From Acidimicrobiia bacterium (GTDB lineage Bacteria > Actinomycetota > Acidimicrobiia > Acidimicrobiales > JANYDT01): a stretch of DNA of 64,000 bases. The notes below the pieces were generated by a model. It did no database searches, was not told where the DNA came from, and saw only the letters and a list, made by a program, of their open reading frames with translations. The position numbers were made by a program, and so were the translations under genes. Location: positions 2,430 to 66,429 of the forward strand of contig JANPFX010000011.1 of assembly GCA_031423635.1 (NCBI GenBank), written 5' to 3'. This document shows positions 45,066 through 54,455 of this stretch, piece by piece; position 1 is the first letter of the stretch, and every line of letters begins with the position of its first letter.

Positions 45066-47840
45066 CTACTGCGGCCGCGGGCGCAGCGCTTCGAGCTCTT
45101 CGACCGTCATCAGCACCTCACGGGCCTTGGAGCCGGTCGTCGGTCCGACAACGCCGCGTGTCTCGAGAAGATCCATCAGGCGGCCGGCGCGAGAAAAGCC
45201 CACCCGAAGCTTGCGCTGCAGCATCGATGTGGACCCGAACTGGCTCCGCACCACGAGGTCCATCGCCGCGTCGAAGAGGTCGTCGTCGTCCTCGTCGCCC
45301 CCATCGGTGCCCGACGAGGTGAGCGGGCTTCCGCTGAGTTCGCCCACACCGCCGTAGTTGAACGCCGAAGGCGCACCGGGACCGGACACGACTCCCGACG
45401 AGCCGAAGACCGCGTCGGGCGAGGGCTCCAGAAGGGGCCCGGGAGCACGCTGACCGACAAAACCGGTGGTGTGGTCCTTCGCGCCCATGTCGTCATCGGC
45501 ATCGATCGTCGGAGCAGACGAGGGTCGCGACTCGGCGACCTGTTTGCCCTGGCGGTTCCAGAAGTTCACGATGCCGCGGACTTCTTCCTCGCTGACGAAG
45601 TTCCCCTGCACACGCGTGGCCACGTTGGAAGAGACCGTGAGCATCAGCATGTCGCCCTGCCCGATCAGGCGCTCCGCGCCCGGCTGATCGATGATGACGC
45701 GCGAGTCGGTCAGCGAGGACACGGCGAACGCAAAACGCGACGGCACGTTCGCCTTGATCAGACCGGTGATCACGTTGACGGATGGGCGCTGCGTGGCGAT
45801 CACCAGGTGGATGCCGACGGCACGTGCCTTCTGCGCGATGCGGCAGATCGCCTCTTCGACATCGCGTGCCGCAACCATCATGAGATCGGCGAGCTCGTCG
45901 ACGACAACGAGGATGTAGCTGAGCTTCTCGTGCTTGACCGGTGGCAGTCCGATCCCTCCGGCCGGGTCATCGGCATACGGGTCATCGAGGTCGCCCCGGG
46001 CGACCGCGTCGTTGTAGCCGCCGATGTCCCGGAAGCGCAGACGGGCCAGCATCTCGTAGCGGCGCTCCATCTCGTCGACCGCCCACGCCAGCGCGTTCGA
46101 GGCCTTCTTGGGGTTTGTCACGACCGCCGTCAAGAGGTGCGGGAGCCCGTTGTACTGCGAGAGCTCGACCATCTTCGGGTCGATGAGGATCATGCGGACC
46201 TCGTCGGGTGTGGCCCGCATGAGAATCGACGTGAGGAGCGAGTTGATGCAGCTCGACTTTCCTGACCCAGTGGTGCCGGCCACCAGCACATGGGGCATCT
46301 TGCCGAGGTCGACGGTGACCGGCCGGCCGTCGATGTCGCGGCCGATCGCGACCGTAAGTGGGCTCACGGCCTTGCGTGCTTCCGGCGTGAAGAGCACATC
46401 ACCGACGGCTACGAGCTGGCGCTGCTTGTTGGCGACTTCGACTCCGATGGCCGACTTGCCCGGGATGGGCGCAAGGATGCGAACGTCGGCGGTGGCCATC
46501 GCGTAGGCGATGTCCTTGTGGAGCGCGGTTACCTTGGCCACCTTCACCCCGGGCCCGAGCTCGAGCTCGTAGCGCGTGACCGTGGGGCCCACCGTCATCC
46601 CGATGAGACGCGTCTCCACGCCATGCGCAGCGAGCGCCTCTTCGAGCACACGTCCGGCCAACTCGACCGCCCGTTTGTCGATCTCGACGGCCTTGCCCTT
46701 CTTCAGAAGCGCGCTCGGCGGGAGCTTCCACACGACCGCCGGCTTCGCCTTCGGACCGAGACCCGGCAGTGGCACCGCGGCGACGACGGGCTGTTCGTCG
46801 GTCCAGACGGGCTCCGGCGGAAGGGTGACCTCGACCGGTTTGGGGGTCGCCGCCTCGACGGCGGCATCTTCCGCAGCGGTCAGGTCGATCACCGGTTCAG
46901 GTGACGCCTTCTTGCGGACCCGTTTGGGCTTCACCGGTTCGACCACGTCGTCGGGCACCACCGGAGCGTCGTCCATCAGATCGTCGTAGCCGGGTTGGAA
47001 GTAGTCGCCGTCGGACTTCGGATCACGCCGAAGGACGACCGCGTCGCGGCCCGGATGGGTAAGGCGGCGCTCGCGCATCGAAGTGCGCGCGGGGGACGTG
47101 GGATGGCGGTCCCGGGCCGAGGAGCGTTCCTCTCGTTCGGATGCCGAGGTGAGGGTGAACAACGACGCGACCCCTCGACGCGTCGCTGCGCCCACCGGAC
47201 GCATGCCGTCGGCCGTCCGGTTCACGGCGTCGCGAACACGCAGTCGGACAAGGATCAATGCGCCGAGAAGACCCAGGACGCAGAGGACGATGACGGTTCC
47301 CCAGGTCGCGATGACCCCGGTCAGCGGTTCGGCCACGAGCAGGCCGACGTAACCCCCAGCCCCCCGCAGGGTCCGGAGCGGTGACCCGAATCCGGCGTCG
47401 TCGGCGCGCACGTGGAGCAGGCCAGCAGCGGCGAGCGTCAGGAACAGCGAACCGATGGCGACCCGGACCGGTTCCTCCCGGGGGCGGCCCCGCACGAGGA
47501 CGTACCCGACGGCGATCAGGGCCATCGGGACCAGCGGTTTTGCCTGTCCGAGCACGGCGCCGGCGCCGCTGCGGACCACCTCCCCGAAGATGCCGGTCAG
47601 CCCGAAGAACATGCCGAGACCGATGAGAACACCGACGACGAGCAAGACGAGACCCCACACGTCGTCGGCCTGACGGCCCAGGTGGGTGCCCAGGAACTCC
47701 CTGGTCTGACCGAAGGTGCTCGGTCTCGACGCGGCTCGCCGAGCGCGCGTCGAAGTGGTTGAGCGTCCCCGAGAAGCCGACGCGGAACGTCGCTTCGCCG
47801 AGCCGCCCGAGCGTGGGGAAGTCCGCTGGGAGGAAGGCAC
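45066..47840 (-). CDS. ftsK: DNA translocase FtsK
   Basis: It has N-terminal TM helices and a Pro-rich linker. It also has Walker A GTTGSGKSS and a C-terminal gamma wHTH (STSMLQRKLRVGFSRAGRLMDLLE). Confidence 0.95.
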   Translation of the reverse strand: MPSSQRTSPRSGGSAKRRSASASRGRSTTSTRARRAASRPSTFGQTREFLGTHLGRQADDVWGLVLLVVGVLIGLGMFFGLTGIFGEVVRSGAGAVLGQAKPLVPMALIAVGYVLVRGRPREEPVRVAIGSLFLTLAAAGLLHVRADDAGFGSPLRTLRGAGGYVGLLVAEPLTGVIATWGTVIVLCVLGLLGALILVRLRVRDAVNRTADGMRPVGAATRRGVASLFTLTSASEREERSSARDRHPTSPARTSMRERRLTHPGRDAVVLRRDPKSDGDYFQPGYDDLMDDAPVVPDDVVEPVKPKRVRKKASPEPVIDLTAAEDAAVEAATPKPVEVTLPPEPVWTDEQPVVAAVPLPGLGPKAKPAVVWKLPPSALLKKGKAVEIDKRAVELAGRVLEEALAAHGVETRLIGMTVGPTVTRYELELGPGVKVAKVTALHKDIAYAMATADVRILAPIPGKSAIGVEVANKQRQLVAVGDVLFTPEARKAVSPLTVAIGRDIDGRPVTVDLGKMPHVLVAGTTGSGKSSCINSLLTSILMRATPDEVRMILIDPKMVELSQYNGLPHLLTAVVTNPKKASNALAWAVDEMERRYEMLARLRFRDIGGYNDAVARGDLDDPYADDPAGGIGLPPVKHEKLSYILVVVDELADLMMVAARDVEEAICRIAQKARAVGIHLVIATQRPSVNVITGLIKANVPSRFAFAVSSLTDSRVIIDQPGAERLIGQGDMLMLTVSSNVATRVQGNFVSEEEVRGIVNFWNRQGKQVAESRPSSAPTIDADDDMGAKDHTTGFVGQRAPGPLLEPSPDAVFGSSGVVSGPGAPSAFNYGGVGELSGSPLTSSGTDGGDEDDDDLFDAAMDLVVRSQFGSTSMLQRKLRVGFSRAGRLMDLLETRGVVGPTTGSKAREVLMTVEELEALRPRPQ

Positions 47841-48052
47841 AGTGCGTTTCAGGGTAGCCGGACCCGTATGACAGGTTCTGTTTTTCCCGGGCTAGGGCCA
47901 GGCCCCGGGTGCCGCAGCGGCTCGACGGGGAACCGGCCCCCGGCATCCCAGACCCCGGAAAAAACCATCCCACACCCGCGATTTCCCTGCCAACGCGATA
48001 CGGCCTAGCCGGGATGCGAAACCCCGGATCTGGGATGCGGACCGCCCCGGTC

Positions 48053-49789
48053 TCAAACCTCGATGACGACCGGGACGATCATCGGCTTGCGCCGCGTTCG
48101 CTCGCTGACGAAGCGACCGGTGGCCGTACGAACGGTCCGCTTCATCGTCTCGTGGTCGCGTGCACCGTCGGCGATGGCCTGCTCGAGCGCTTTGCGGATC
48201 ACGACGGCGGCCTCGCCGAGCAGGGTTTCCGCTTCGGGCGCATACACCCAGCCTCGGGTGATGAGCTCGGGGTCGGTGATGATGTGGCCGTGGTCCTCAT
48301 CGATGGTGACGACGACGACGAGAACACCTTCACTCGCCAGCACACGGCGGTCACGGAGCACCCCGAGGCCGACATCGCCGACGATACCGTCGACGTAGAG
48401 ATAGCCGCTCGGCACGTTCGGACCGTAGTCGGCGCCTTTCTTGGTGAGGTCGACGGTATCGCCGTCCTCGCAGATGAGCACGTTGGACGGCTTGATCCCC
48501 ATATCCATTGCTAAGCGCGCATGATGACTGAGCATGCGGAACTCGCCGTGGATCGGGATGAAGAACTCCGGCTTGGCGACCGAGAGCAGGGTCTTGAGCT
48601 CACCACGCTTGGCGTGACCGCTCACGTGCACCTTGGCGAGTCCCGAGTGGATCACTTCGACGCCGAGTCGGCAGAGACCGTCGATGACCTTGCCGACCGA
48701 CGTCTCGTTGCCGGGGATGGCGTGGCTCGACAAGATGACGGTGTCGTCGTCACCGAGCTTCACGAACCGGTTCTGACCCGCGGCCATGAGCGACAGCGCC
48801 GACATGGGCTCGCCCTGCGACCCGGTGGAGACGATGAGCACCTTCGACGGATCGTGATCACCGAGCCGTTCGATGTCGAACACGTCGCGATCGCTCAGCT
48901 TGATCTTGCCCATGTCACGGGCGATCTGCAGGTTGCGCTGCATCGACCGGCCGAGCGTGGTGATCTTGCGGCCGGACGCAATGCCGGCGTCGATCACCTG
49001 CTGCACCCGGTGGATGTGCGACGCGAAGCACGCCACGACGACGCGACGTCCGTCCTGATCACGGATGATGTCGCGCAGTTGCTTGCCGATGACGCGTTCG
49101 GACTCCGTGTGGCCGTCGACTTCGGCGTTCGTGGAGTCGCCCATCAGCAGTCGGATGCCGTGGTTCTCGGCCAGCGCGCCGATCTGGGCGAGGTCGGTGG
49201 TGCGACCGTCGATCGGGGTGAGATCGAGCTTCCAGTCGCCCGAGTGCATGATCACGCCCTGGGGCGTGTGGAAGGCGATCGCGATCGAGTCGGGCACCGA
49301 ATGCGAGACCGGGATCACTTCGATGTCGAAGGCGCCGATGGTGCGACGCTCACCGTCGACCAGCGGGTTGAACGACGTGCGGCCGAGCAGGCCGGCCTCC
49401 TCGATGCGTCCGCGTGCCAGGTTCAACGTGAGTTGCGTGGCAAAGAGCGGGAACGAGACGTCGCGCAGGAGGTACGAGAGCCCGCCGACGTGATCCTCAT
49501 GTCCGTGGGTCAGGATCGCGCCGTCGATGCGATCGGCGTTGTCTCGCAGGTAGGTGAAGTCCGGCAGGACGAGATCGATGCCCGGCATGTCGGAATCGGG
49601 GAACATCAAGCCGACGTCGACGAGCATCAGCCGACCGTTGACCTCGATGGCGCAGCAGTTGCGACCGACCTCGCCGAGGCCGCCGAGAAAGATGACACGT
49701 ACGGTTCCGTCAGGTGCCGCGCCTACCGGCGCGAGGGCCTCTTCGGCGAGTGCAGCCACGGGGCGGGGAGGCCCGCCTCGGCGACTCAC
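48053..49789 (-). CDS. rnj: ribonuclease J
   Basis: VIFLGGLGEVGRNC and the metallo-beta-lactamase motif HGHEDHVGG are present with a beta-CASP layout. The start was set at GTG 49789 because the longer track ORF overlaps dapA. Confidence 0.9.
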   Translation of the reverse strand: MSRRGGPPRPVAALAEEALAPVGAAPDGTVRVIFLGGLGEVGRNCCAIEVNGRLMLVDVGLMFPDSDMPGIDLVLPDFTYLRDNADRIDGAILTHGHEDHVGGLSYLLRDVSFPLFATQLTLNLARGRIEEAGLLGRTSFNPLVDGERRTIGAFDIEVIPVSHSVPDSIAIAFHTPQGVIMHSGDWKLDLTPIDGRTTDLAQIGALAENHGIRLLMGDSTNAEVDGHTESERVIGKQLRDIIRDQDGRRVVVACFASHIHRVQQVIDAGIASGRKITTLGRSMQRNLQIARDMGKIKLSDRDVFDIERLGDHDPSKVLIVSTGSQGEPMSALSLMAAGQNRFVKLGDDDTVILSSHAIPGNETSVGKVIDGLCRLGVEVIHSGLAKVHVSGHAKRGELKTLLSVAKPEFFIPIHGEFRMLSHHARLAMDMGIKPSNVLICEDGDTVDLTKKGADYGPNVPSGYLYVDGIVGDVGLGVLRDRRVLASEGVLVVVVTIDEDHGHIITDPELITRGWVYAPEAETLLGEAAVVIRKALEQAIADGARDHETMKRTVRTATGRFVSERTRRKPMIVPVVIEV

Positions 49790-49838
49790 GACGCGCCGTT
49801 TCGGCGTGGAGCCGCGACGGCGAACAACCGGCGGAGAC

Positions 49839-50726
49839 TCACGAACCTGCCTTGAGATCGGCGTAGACCTTGCGGGCGCGGTCTTCGAGGTCGTCCGGTT
49901 CGCCGTCCATCGGCGGACGGCAGTAGCCGACCGGATGGCCGAGCGTCCGCAGCATCGCCTTGACCGGTTGCGGGTTGGGGTTCGCGTCGCCCGTCTCGAA
50001 GGCGTATGAACTGAGGAGACGGGCATTCACCGACCTGGCCCGCTCCACATCGCCCTTCTTGAAGGAGGTGATCATCTCCTTGTGCTCCGAGGCCGCCCAC
50101 GCCGTGGCCACACCGATCACACCGCTGCCGCCGATGGACAGCAGAGGAAGGGTCTGGTCGTCGTTGCCGCTGATGAGCTCGAAGCCCGACGGCGCCTCCG
50201 CCATCAGCCGGGCCGAGGAAGAGACATCGTTCGCCGCATCCTTCACCGCAACGATGTTCGAGCACTCACGGGCGAGGCGGAGCATGACCTCGTTGGCGAT
50301 CTTGCGTCCGGTACGGACGGGGATGTCATACATAACCACCGGCAGGGTCGTGGCCGCGGCCACTGCACGGAAGTGGCGCTCGATGCCCGCCTGCGAGGGG
50401 CGGTTGTAATACGGGGTCACGGTGAGCACACCGGCACAGCCGAGGCCGGCCATCGCCTTGGTGAGATGCAGAGCGTGGGGCGTGTCGTTCGATCCCGCGC
50501 CTCCGATCACCGGAACGGTGACCGCCTCGCACACCGCCCTGATGAGGTCCAGCTGCTCGTCATCGGAGAGCGTTGGCGCTTCACCGGTGGTGCCGGCGAT
50601 GACGAGACCGTCATTGCCCTGCGCCACGTGCCACCGAGCGAGGGCCTGGGCGGCATCGAGGTCGAGCGCGCCGGCGGCGTCGAAGGGGGTCACCATAGCG
50701 GTGAGGACTTCGCCGAAGCGCGACAT
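49839..50726 (-). CDS. dapA: 4-hydroxy-tetrahydrodipicolinate synthase
   Basis: MSRFGEVLTAMVTPF and GTTGEAPTLSDDE are present with full-length DapA similarity. Confidence 0.93.
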   Translation of the reverse strand: MSRFGEVLTAMVTPFDAAGALDLDAAQALARWHVAQGNDGLVIAGTTGEAPTLSDDEQLDLIRAVCEAVTVPVIGGAGSNDTPHALHLTKAMAGLGCAGVLTVTPYYNRPSQAGIERHFRAVAAATTLPVVMYDIPVRTGRKIANEVMLRLARECSNIVAVKDAANDVSSSARLMAEAPSGFELISGNDDQTLPLLSIGGSGVIGVATAWAASEHKEMITSFKKGDVERARSVNARLLSSYAFETGDANPNPQPVKAMLRTLGHPVGYCRPPMDGEPDDLEDRARKVYADLKAGS

Positions 50727-50842
50727 CAGAAGTTCCTCCCGTCGACGAGAACAGCGGTGAGGACTTCGCCGAAGCGCGACATCAGAAGTTCCTCCCGTCG
50801 ACGAGAACAGCGGTGAGGACTTCGCCGAAGCGCGACATCAGA
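50701..50842 (-). repeat. 56-nt tandem repeat (2 identical full units + 30-nt partial) reiterating the dapA SD/start region
   Basis: The units 50701-50756 and 50757-50812 are identical. 50813-50842 repeats the first 30 nt. A diverged fourth start motif lies at 50876-50895. Confidence 0.95.
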
Positions 50843-50895
50843 GGCTCCTGATGCCTTTCGGACGGAGCGGGGCGGGGTTCGCCGAAGCGGGACAT
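50727..50895 (-). promoter_or_regulatory. dapA leader with two stop/start-coupled upstream ORFs
   Basis: uORF1 runs 50895->50782 (MSRFGEPRPAPSERHQEPLMSRFGEVLTAVLVDGRNF). uORF2 runs 50782->50726 (MSRFGEVLTAVLVDGRNF). Each TGA shares its A with the next ATG, and SD-like AAAGGA, CAGGAG and GGGAGGA precede the starts. Whether they are translated is untested. Confidence 0.4.
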
Positions 50896-50952
50896 GATCG
50901 GATCCTTTCCCCTCACGGGGATGGGCGTCGGCGAGGTGCGCCGCGCTGGTGG

Positions 50953-51585
50953 TTAGACGTCTTCCGACGAGCGTTCGCTGCGGAGGGTGGACAGGCGGTC
51001 CTCATGGAGCTCCATCCAGACGGTGTGATAGGAGTCGAGAATCGGCTTGGCGAACCACTCGTGGTTGCCCTTCTTCACCTTGTCCAGCGCCACTTGCAAA
51101 CGCGGCTGATAGTGGTGATAGCGGTCGAGGGCGGCCGACAGCGCACCGGTGATCGGGGTGACCCCGAGGTGCACGTCGGCCAGCCGCTTGATGACGCCGG
51201 CGTCGTACTCGCGGTCACCGTGGTCGTTGAGGATGTTGCGGTCGAGGTCTCGGACCTGCCACGCCGTGCAGACGGCGAGGAGGTCGGCGTTGAGCACGAG
51301 GAACCGCTCATAGGAGTCCTGCACCACGGATCGCGAGCCGCTCCCGGCCAGATCGGCCTCGGCGAGCCGCACCTGCTCTTCTTTTCCGGCCGGCGTCAGG
51401 GCGTAACCGGAGATCCGACCGCCTTCGAGATACTTGGCGAGACCCTCCTTGACCAGCCCCTGGAGGATCTTGGTCACAGCCGGTGGCTTCATCCCGATGA
51501 CCGGACCGATGGCCGACGGTTCGGAGAAGCCCTTCAGCTTGCAGCCATGCAGAACCAAGAAGCGCTGGTCTGAGGTATGCGGCAT
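50953..51585 (-). CDS. hypothetical protein with N-terminal winged-helix-like region
   Basis: RFLVLHGCKLKGFSEPSAIGPVIGMKPPAVTKILQGLVKEGLAKYLEGGRISGYALTPAGKE looks like a MarR-type wHTH. The helical C-terminal domain has no motif I recognise. Confidence 0.55.
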   Translation of the reverse strand: MPHTSDQRFLVLHGCKLKGFSEPSAIGPVIGMKPPAVTKILQGLVKEGLAKYLEGGRISGYALTPAGKEEQVRLAEADLAGSGSRSVVQDSYERFLVLNADLLAVCTAWQVRDLDRNILNDHGDREYDAGVIKRLADVHLGVTPITGALSAALDRYHHYQPRLQVALDKVKKGNHEWFAKPILDSYHTVWMELHEDRLSTLRSERSSEDV

Positions 51586-51673
51586 GGCGGACGAGCTTAC
51601 CCGGGCCGTCCCCGATTGACCGAACCGAATTCACGGCAACGCCGCGGAATCCGCCGGGCCTAGCCTCGGGCGC

Positions 51674-52282
51674 GTGAACAGGCGTCTCCTGACCGGCCCG
51701 GATGGCACCACCAGGTGCTCGTGGTGCGGTACCGACGAGCTATACACGTCCTACCACGACACCGAGTGGGGTCGGCCCCTGCACGGCGAGGCCAAGGTGC
51801 TCGAGAAGCTGTGTCTGGAGGGCGCCCAGGCCGGGCTGTCGTGGATCACCATCCTCCGGAAGCGGGCGCGGTATCGGGAGGTGTTCGACGGCTTCGACCC
51901 TCACGCGGTTGCGCGCTTCGACGACCGGAAGGTGGAGCTGCTCATGACCGACACGGGCATCGTCCGCAACCGCGCCAAGATCACCGCCGCCATCGACAAC
52001 GCACGCGCCACCGTCGAGCTCTTGGAAAACGGCGCTTCACTCGATGCACTGTGCTGGTCGTTTCGCCCCCCGCCCCGGACGTCCCGATTGACCGAACACG
52101 ACGAATCGCCGGTGACATGCCTGGAGGCCATCGCCTTGTCGAAGGAGCTGAAACGACACGGTTTTCGCTTCGTCGGGCCGACGACGATGTATGCGTTCAT
52201 GCAGTCATCGGGAATGATCGACGACCACATCGAAGGGTGCTGGATCACCCCACCGGCCGCCGATGGTGACGACACGACGTAG
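51674..52282 (+). CDS. tag: DNA-3-methyladenine glycosylase I
   Basis: RCSWCGTDELYTSYHDTEWGRP and LEGAQAGLSWITIL are Tag motifs. Confidence 0.9.
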   Translation: MNRRLLTGPDGTTRCSWCGTDELYTSYHDTEWGRPLHGEAKVLEKLCLEGAQAGLSWITILRKRARYREVFDGFDPHAVARFDDRKVELLMTDTGIVRNRAKITAAIDNARATVELLENGASLDALCWSFRPPPRTSRLTEHDESPVTCLEAIALSKELKRHGFRFVGPTTMYAFMQSSGMIDDHIEGCWITPPAADGDDTT

Positions 52283-52309
52283 AAACGGCGGGTCGCTAGG
52301 GTCGATTGG

Positions 52310-52792
52310 ATGCCCGACCTTCGCTGGCTCTCCGACGACGAACAACGCGCGTGGCGGTTGTTCCTGCGGTTCCAACGCACCCTTGCCGACCGCCTCACCG
52401 GTGACCTGGCGCCGTTCGGTCTGGGCTTCGCCGACTACGAGGTGCTCGCATTGCTGTCCGAAGCACCGGGTCGTCAGCTCCGGATGACGGAGCTGGCGCA
52501 GGTCGTGGTGAGTCCACGCAGTCGCCTCACCTACCAGATCGACCAGTTGGCGCACCGAGGCCTCGTCGAGCGGATCAAGTGCGATACCGACCGACGCGGC
52601 TATTACGCGCATCTGACCGACCTCGGCTGGGACACGGTCCGGATCCTGGCGCCCGTCCATGTGTCGGGAGTTCGCCGGCACCTCTTCGAGCATCTGACGC
52701 ACGAGGACGTTGCGGCGATGGCCGCCATCCTCGAGCGCGCCGTTGACGGCCTTCAGGTGCCGGGCCCGGCGGCAGAACTCGCCACAGCATGA
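52310..52792 (+). CDS. MarR family transcriptional regulator
   Basis: ADYEVLALLSEAPGRQLRMTELAQVVVSPRSRLTYQIDQLAHRGLVERIKCDTDRRG is a MarR wHTH. Confidence 0.88.
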   Translation: MPDLRWLSDDEQRAWRLFLRFQRTLADRLTGDLAPFGLGFADYEVLALLSEAPGRQLRMTELAQVVVSPRSRLTYQIDQLAHRGLVERIKCDTDRRGYYAHLTDLGWDTVRILAPVHVSGVRRHLFEHLTHEDVAAMAAILERAVDGLQVPGPAAELATA

Positions 52793-54006
52793 CCTCCTGC
52801 GGCCCCGACGGGAAGCCAGCGACGACGACGGCGAGCGGCGAGATCTTCGAGCTGGCCGAAGCAGACGACGAAGACCGCCAGCACGATCGCAGTCAGGACG
52901 AGATAGGCGACCATGCGGGCGGGTTGCGAGTCGATGCGGCGACTGAGCGAGTTCGCCACCGCATTCGCCGGGAGGCCCCACAGATAGAGGGTGAACGTCC
53001 GCTGGTTGATCCGACCGACGACCGCGTCGAGCGCTCCCCGGCGGCGATCGATCCATCGTTCGATCGGCACTCGGGCCGAGAGAGCGACGAGCATCCAGGC
53101 CGCTCCGATCAGCAGATGAGCCGACCTCGAGGCGTAGAGCTCCTGCGTCCCCTTGTCGTGAATCGGTTCGATGACGAACGCCGTGAGCACACCCATCGCG
53201 GCGAAACCTCCGCCTAGTGCGACAAGCGACCGACTCCTCCACTCCCGTATGCGCGCATATGAGGGACCGAGCGCGAAGAAGATGCCGAACTGGAATGTGG
53301 TGATGATCGCTTCATCCACGACGACGCCATGGATCTTGGTCAGCCACTGTGTGAATGCGAAGCCCGCGAGAGGGACAATGGCACACCATGCGCCGACCCG
53401 GCGATGCAGCCAGAGCAGTCCTGACGCAGCGAGGACGAGCCACAGAAAGGCCCCCACATACCAGAGCTGGCCCCACAGGAACACACGGTCGCGAGATCCA
53501 GTCGGCGCCAGTAGCGGGACCGCCCAGTGCCAGGCGTGCTTCCACGGGAACGAGGCACCGGGCTCGTCGCTGCGGAGATCGGTCGTGATCATGACGAAGA
53601 GCGCGCATGCGGCGAACCACACGTAGGGAAGCGCGATGCGTCGGATACGTCGGATGACCACCTCTCCGGCGCGGCGGCGGGAAAGCATCTGCGCGGTGAC
53701 GGCACCGCTCACGAAGAACACCTCGGGCATGCCCGGGTAGATCCACATCACCCAGGGGAGGTACACGGTCGGGGGTCGGAGCAACGTGTGGAGCAGGACG
53801 ACGCGACAGATCGACACGGCCCGCAACACGTCGAGGAACGAGTCACGCGCAGGCGTCGACTCCGCCCGGCCGTCACCGGTGGCACCGGATGCACGGTCGA
53901 GCGGCGATGGCACACCGTTTGCGTTCATCGCTGCCGGCTGTGGCCGGGAGTCCGCATGCAGCTGCGCTCTCGCGGCGGACAGATCATGCGATGAAGTCTG
54001 GCCCAC
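52753..54006 (-). CDS. acyltransferase family 3 integral membrane protein
   Basis: RDSFLDVLRAVSICRVVLLH is the Acyl_transf_3 N-terminal motif, and there are about 10 TM helices. The 3' end overlaps the marR-family gene by 40 nt (convergent). The start is 54006 or 53928. Confidence 0.8.
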   Translation of the reverse strand: MGQTSSHDLSAARAQLHADSRPQPAAMNANGVPSPLDRASGATGDGRAESTPARDSFLDVLRAVSICRVVLLHTLLRPPTVYLPWVMWIYPGMPEVFFVSGAVTAQMLSRRRAGEVVIRRIRRIALPYVWFAACALFVMITTDLRSDEPGASFPWKHAWHWAVPLLAPTGSRDRVFLWGQLWYVGAFLWLVLAASGLLWLHRRVGAWCAIVPLAGFAFTQWLTKIHGVVVDEAIITTFQFGIFFALGPSYARIREWRSRSLVALGGGFAAMGVLTAFVIEPIHDKGTQELYASRSAHLLIGAAWMLVALSARVPIERWIDRRRGALDAVVGRINQRTFTLYLWGLPANAVANSLSRRIDSQPARMVAYLVLTAIVLAVFVVCFGQLEDLAARRRRRWLPVGAAGGHAVASSAAGPGT

Positions 54007-54038
54007 CGGTGCTTGCCTCGCCGTGGCATGCTCGGCGG

Positions 54039-54419
54039 ATGTTCTCCGCCGACGCCCGTGCCCTTCTGGATCGCCCCATCACCGGTGTGATCACCACGAT
54101 CGATCCGGCCGGGTACCCGCAATCAACCGCCGTGTGGTTCCTGTTCGAGGACGACACGATCAAGGTATCGATGACGACCGGTCGGAAGAAGTACCGCAAC
54201 ATGGTCGACAACCCGAAGGCGACGTTCTTCGTCTTGAACCCCGACAACGAGTGGTCGTTCGTCGAGATCCGCGCCGACGTCACCTGGGAGCCTGACCCTG
54301 AACGAATCACCATGCTCCGTGTCGGTGAGAAGCACGCCACTGACGTCTCGGGGTTCGATCCTGCCGGGGCCGTGCGGATGACGGCAATCTTGCACCCCGC
54401 GAACGTCAACGCCCGCTGA
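54039..54419 (+). CDS. PPOX-class (pyridoxamine 5'-phosphate oxidase-like) probable F420-dependent enzyme
   Basis: MFSADARALLDRPITGVITTIDPAGYPQSTAVWF...TGRKKYRNMVDNPKATFFV is typical of the small split-barrel family. Confidence 0.75.
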   Translation: MFSADARALLDRPITGVITTIDPAGYPQSTAVWFLFEDDTIKVSMTTGRKKYRNMVDNPKATFFVLNPDNEWSFVEIRADVTWEPDPERITMLRVGEKHATDVSGFDPAGAVRMTAILHPANVNAR

Positions 54420-54455
54420 CGCCTCGCGCCGGCGAGCGTCCCGCCCACCTTTTCG

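Noticed and set aside
50701-50842. Possibility that the 56-nt tandem repeat is a mini CRISPR array.
   Set aside because: The units are contiguous with no unique spacers. They contain the dapA SD and start codon, there are only 2.5 copies, and there are no cas genes.
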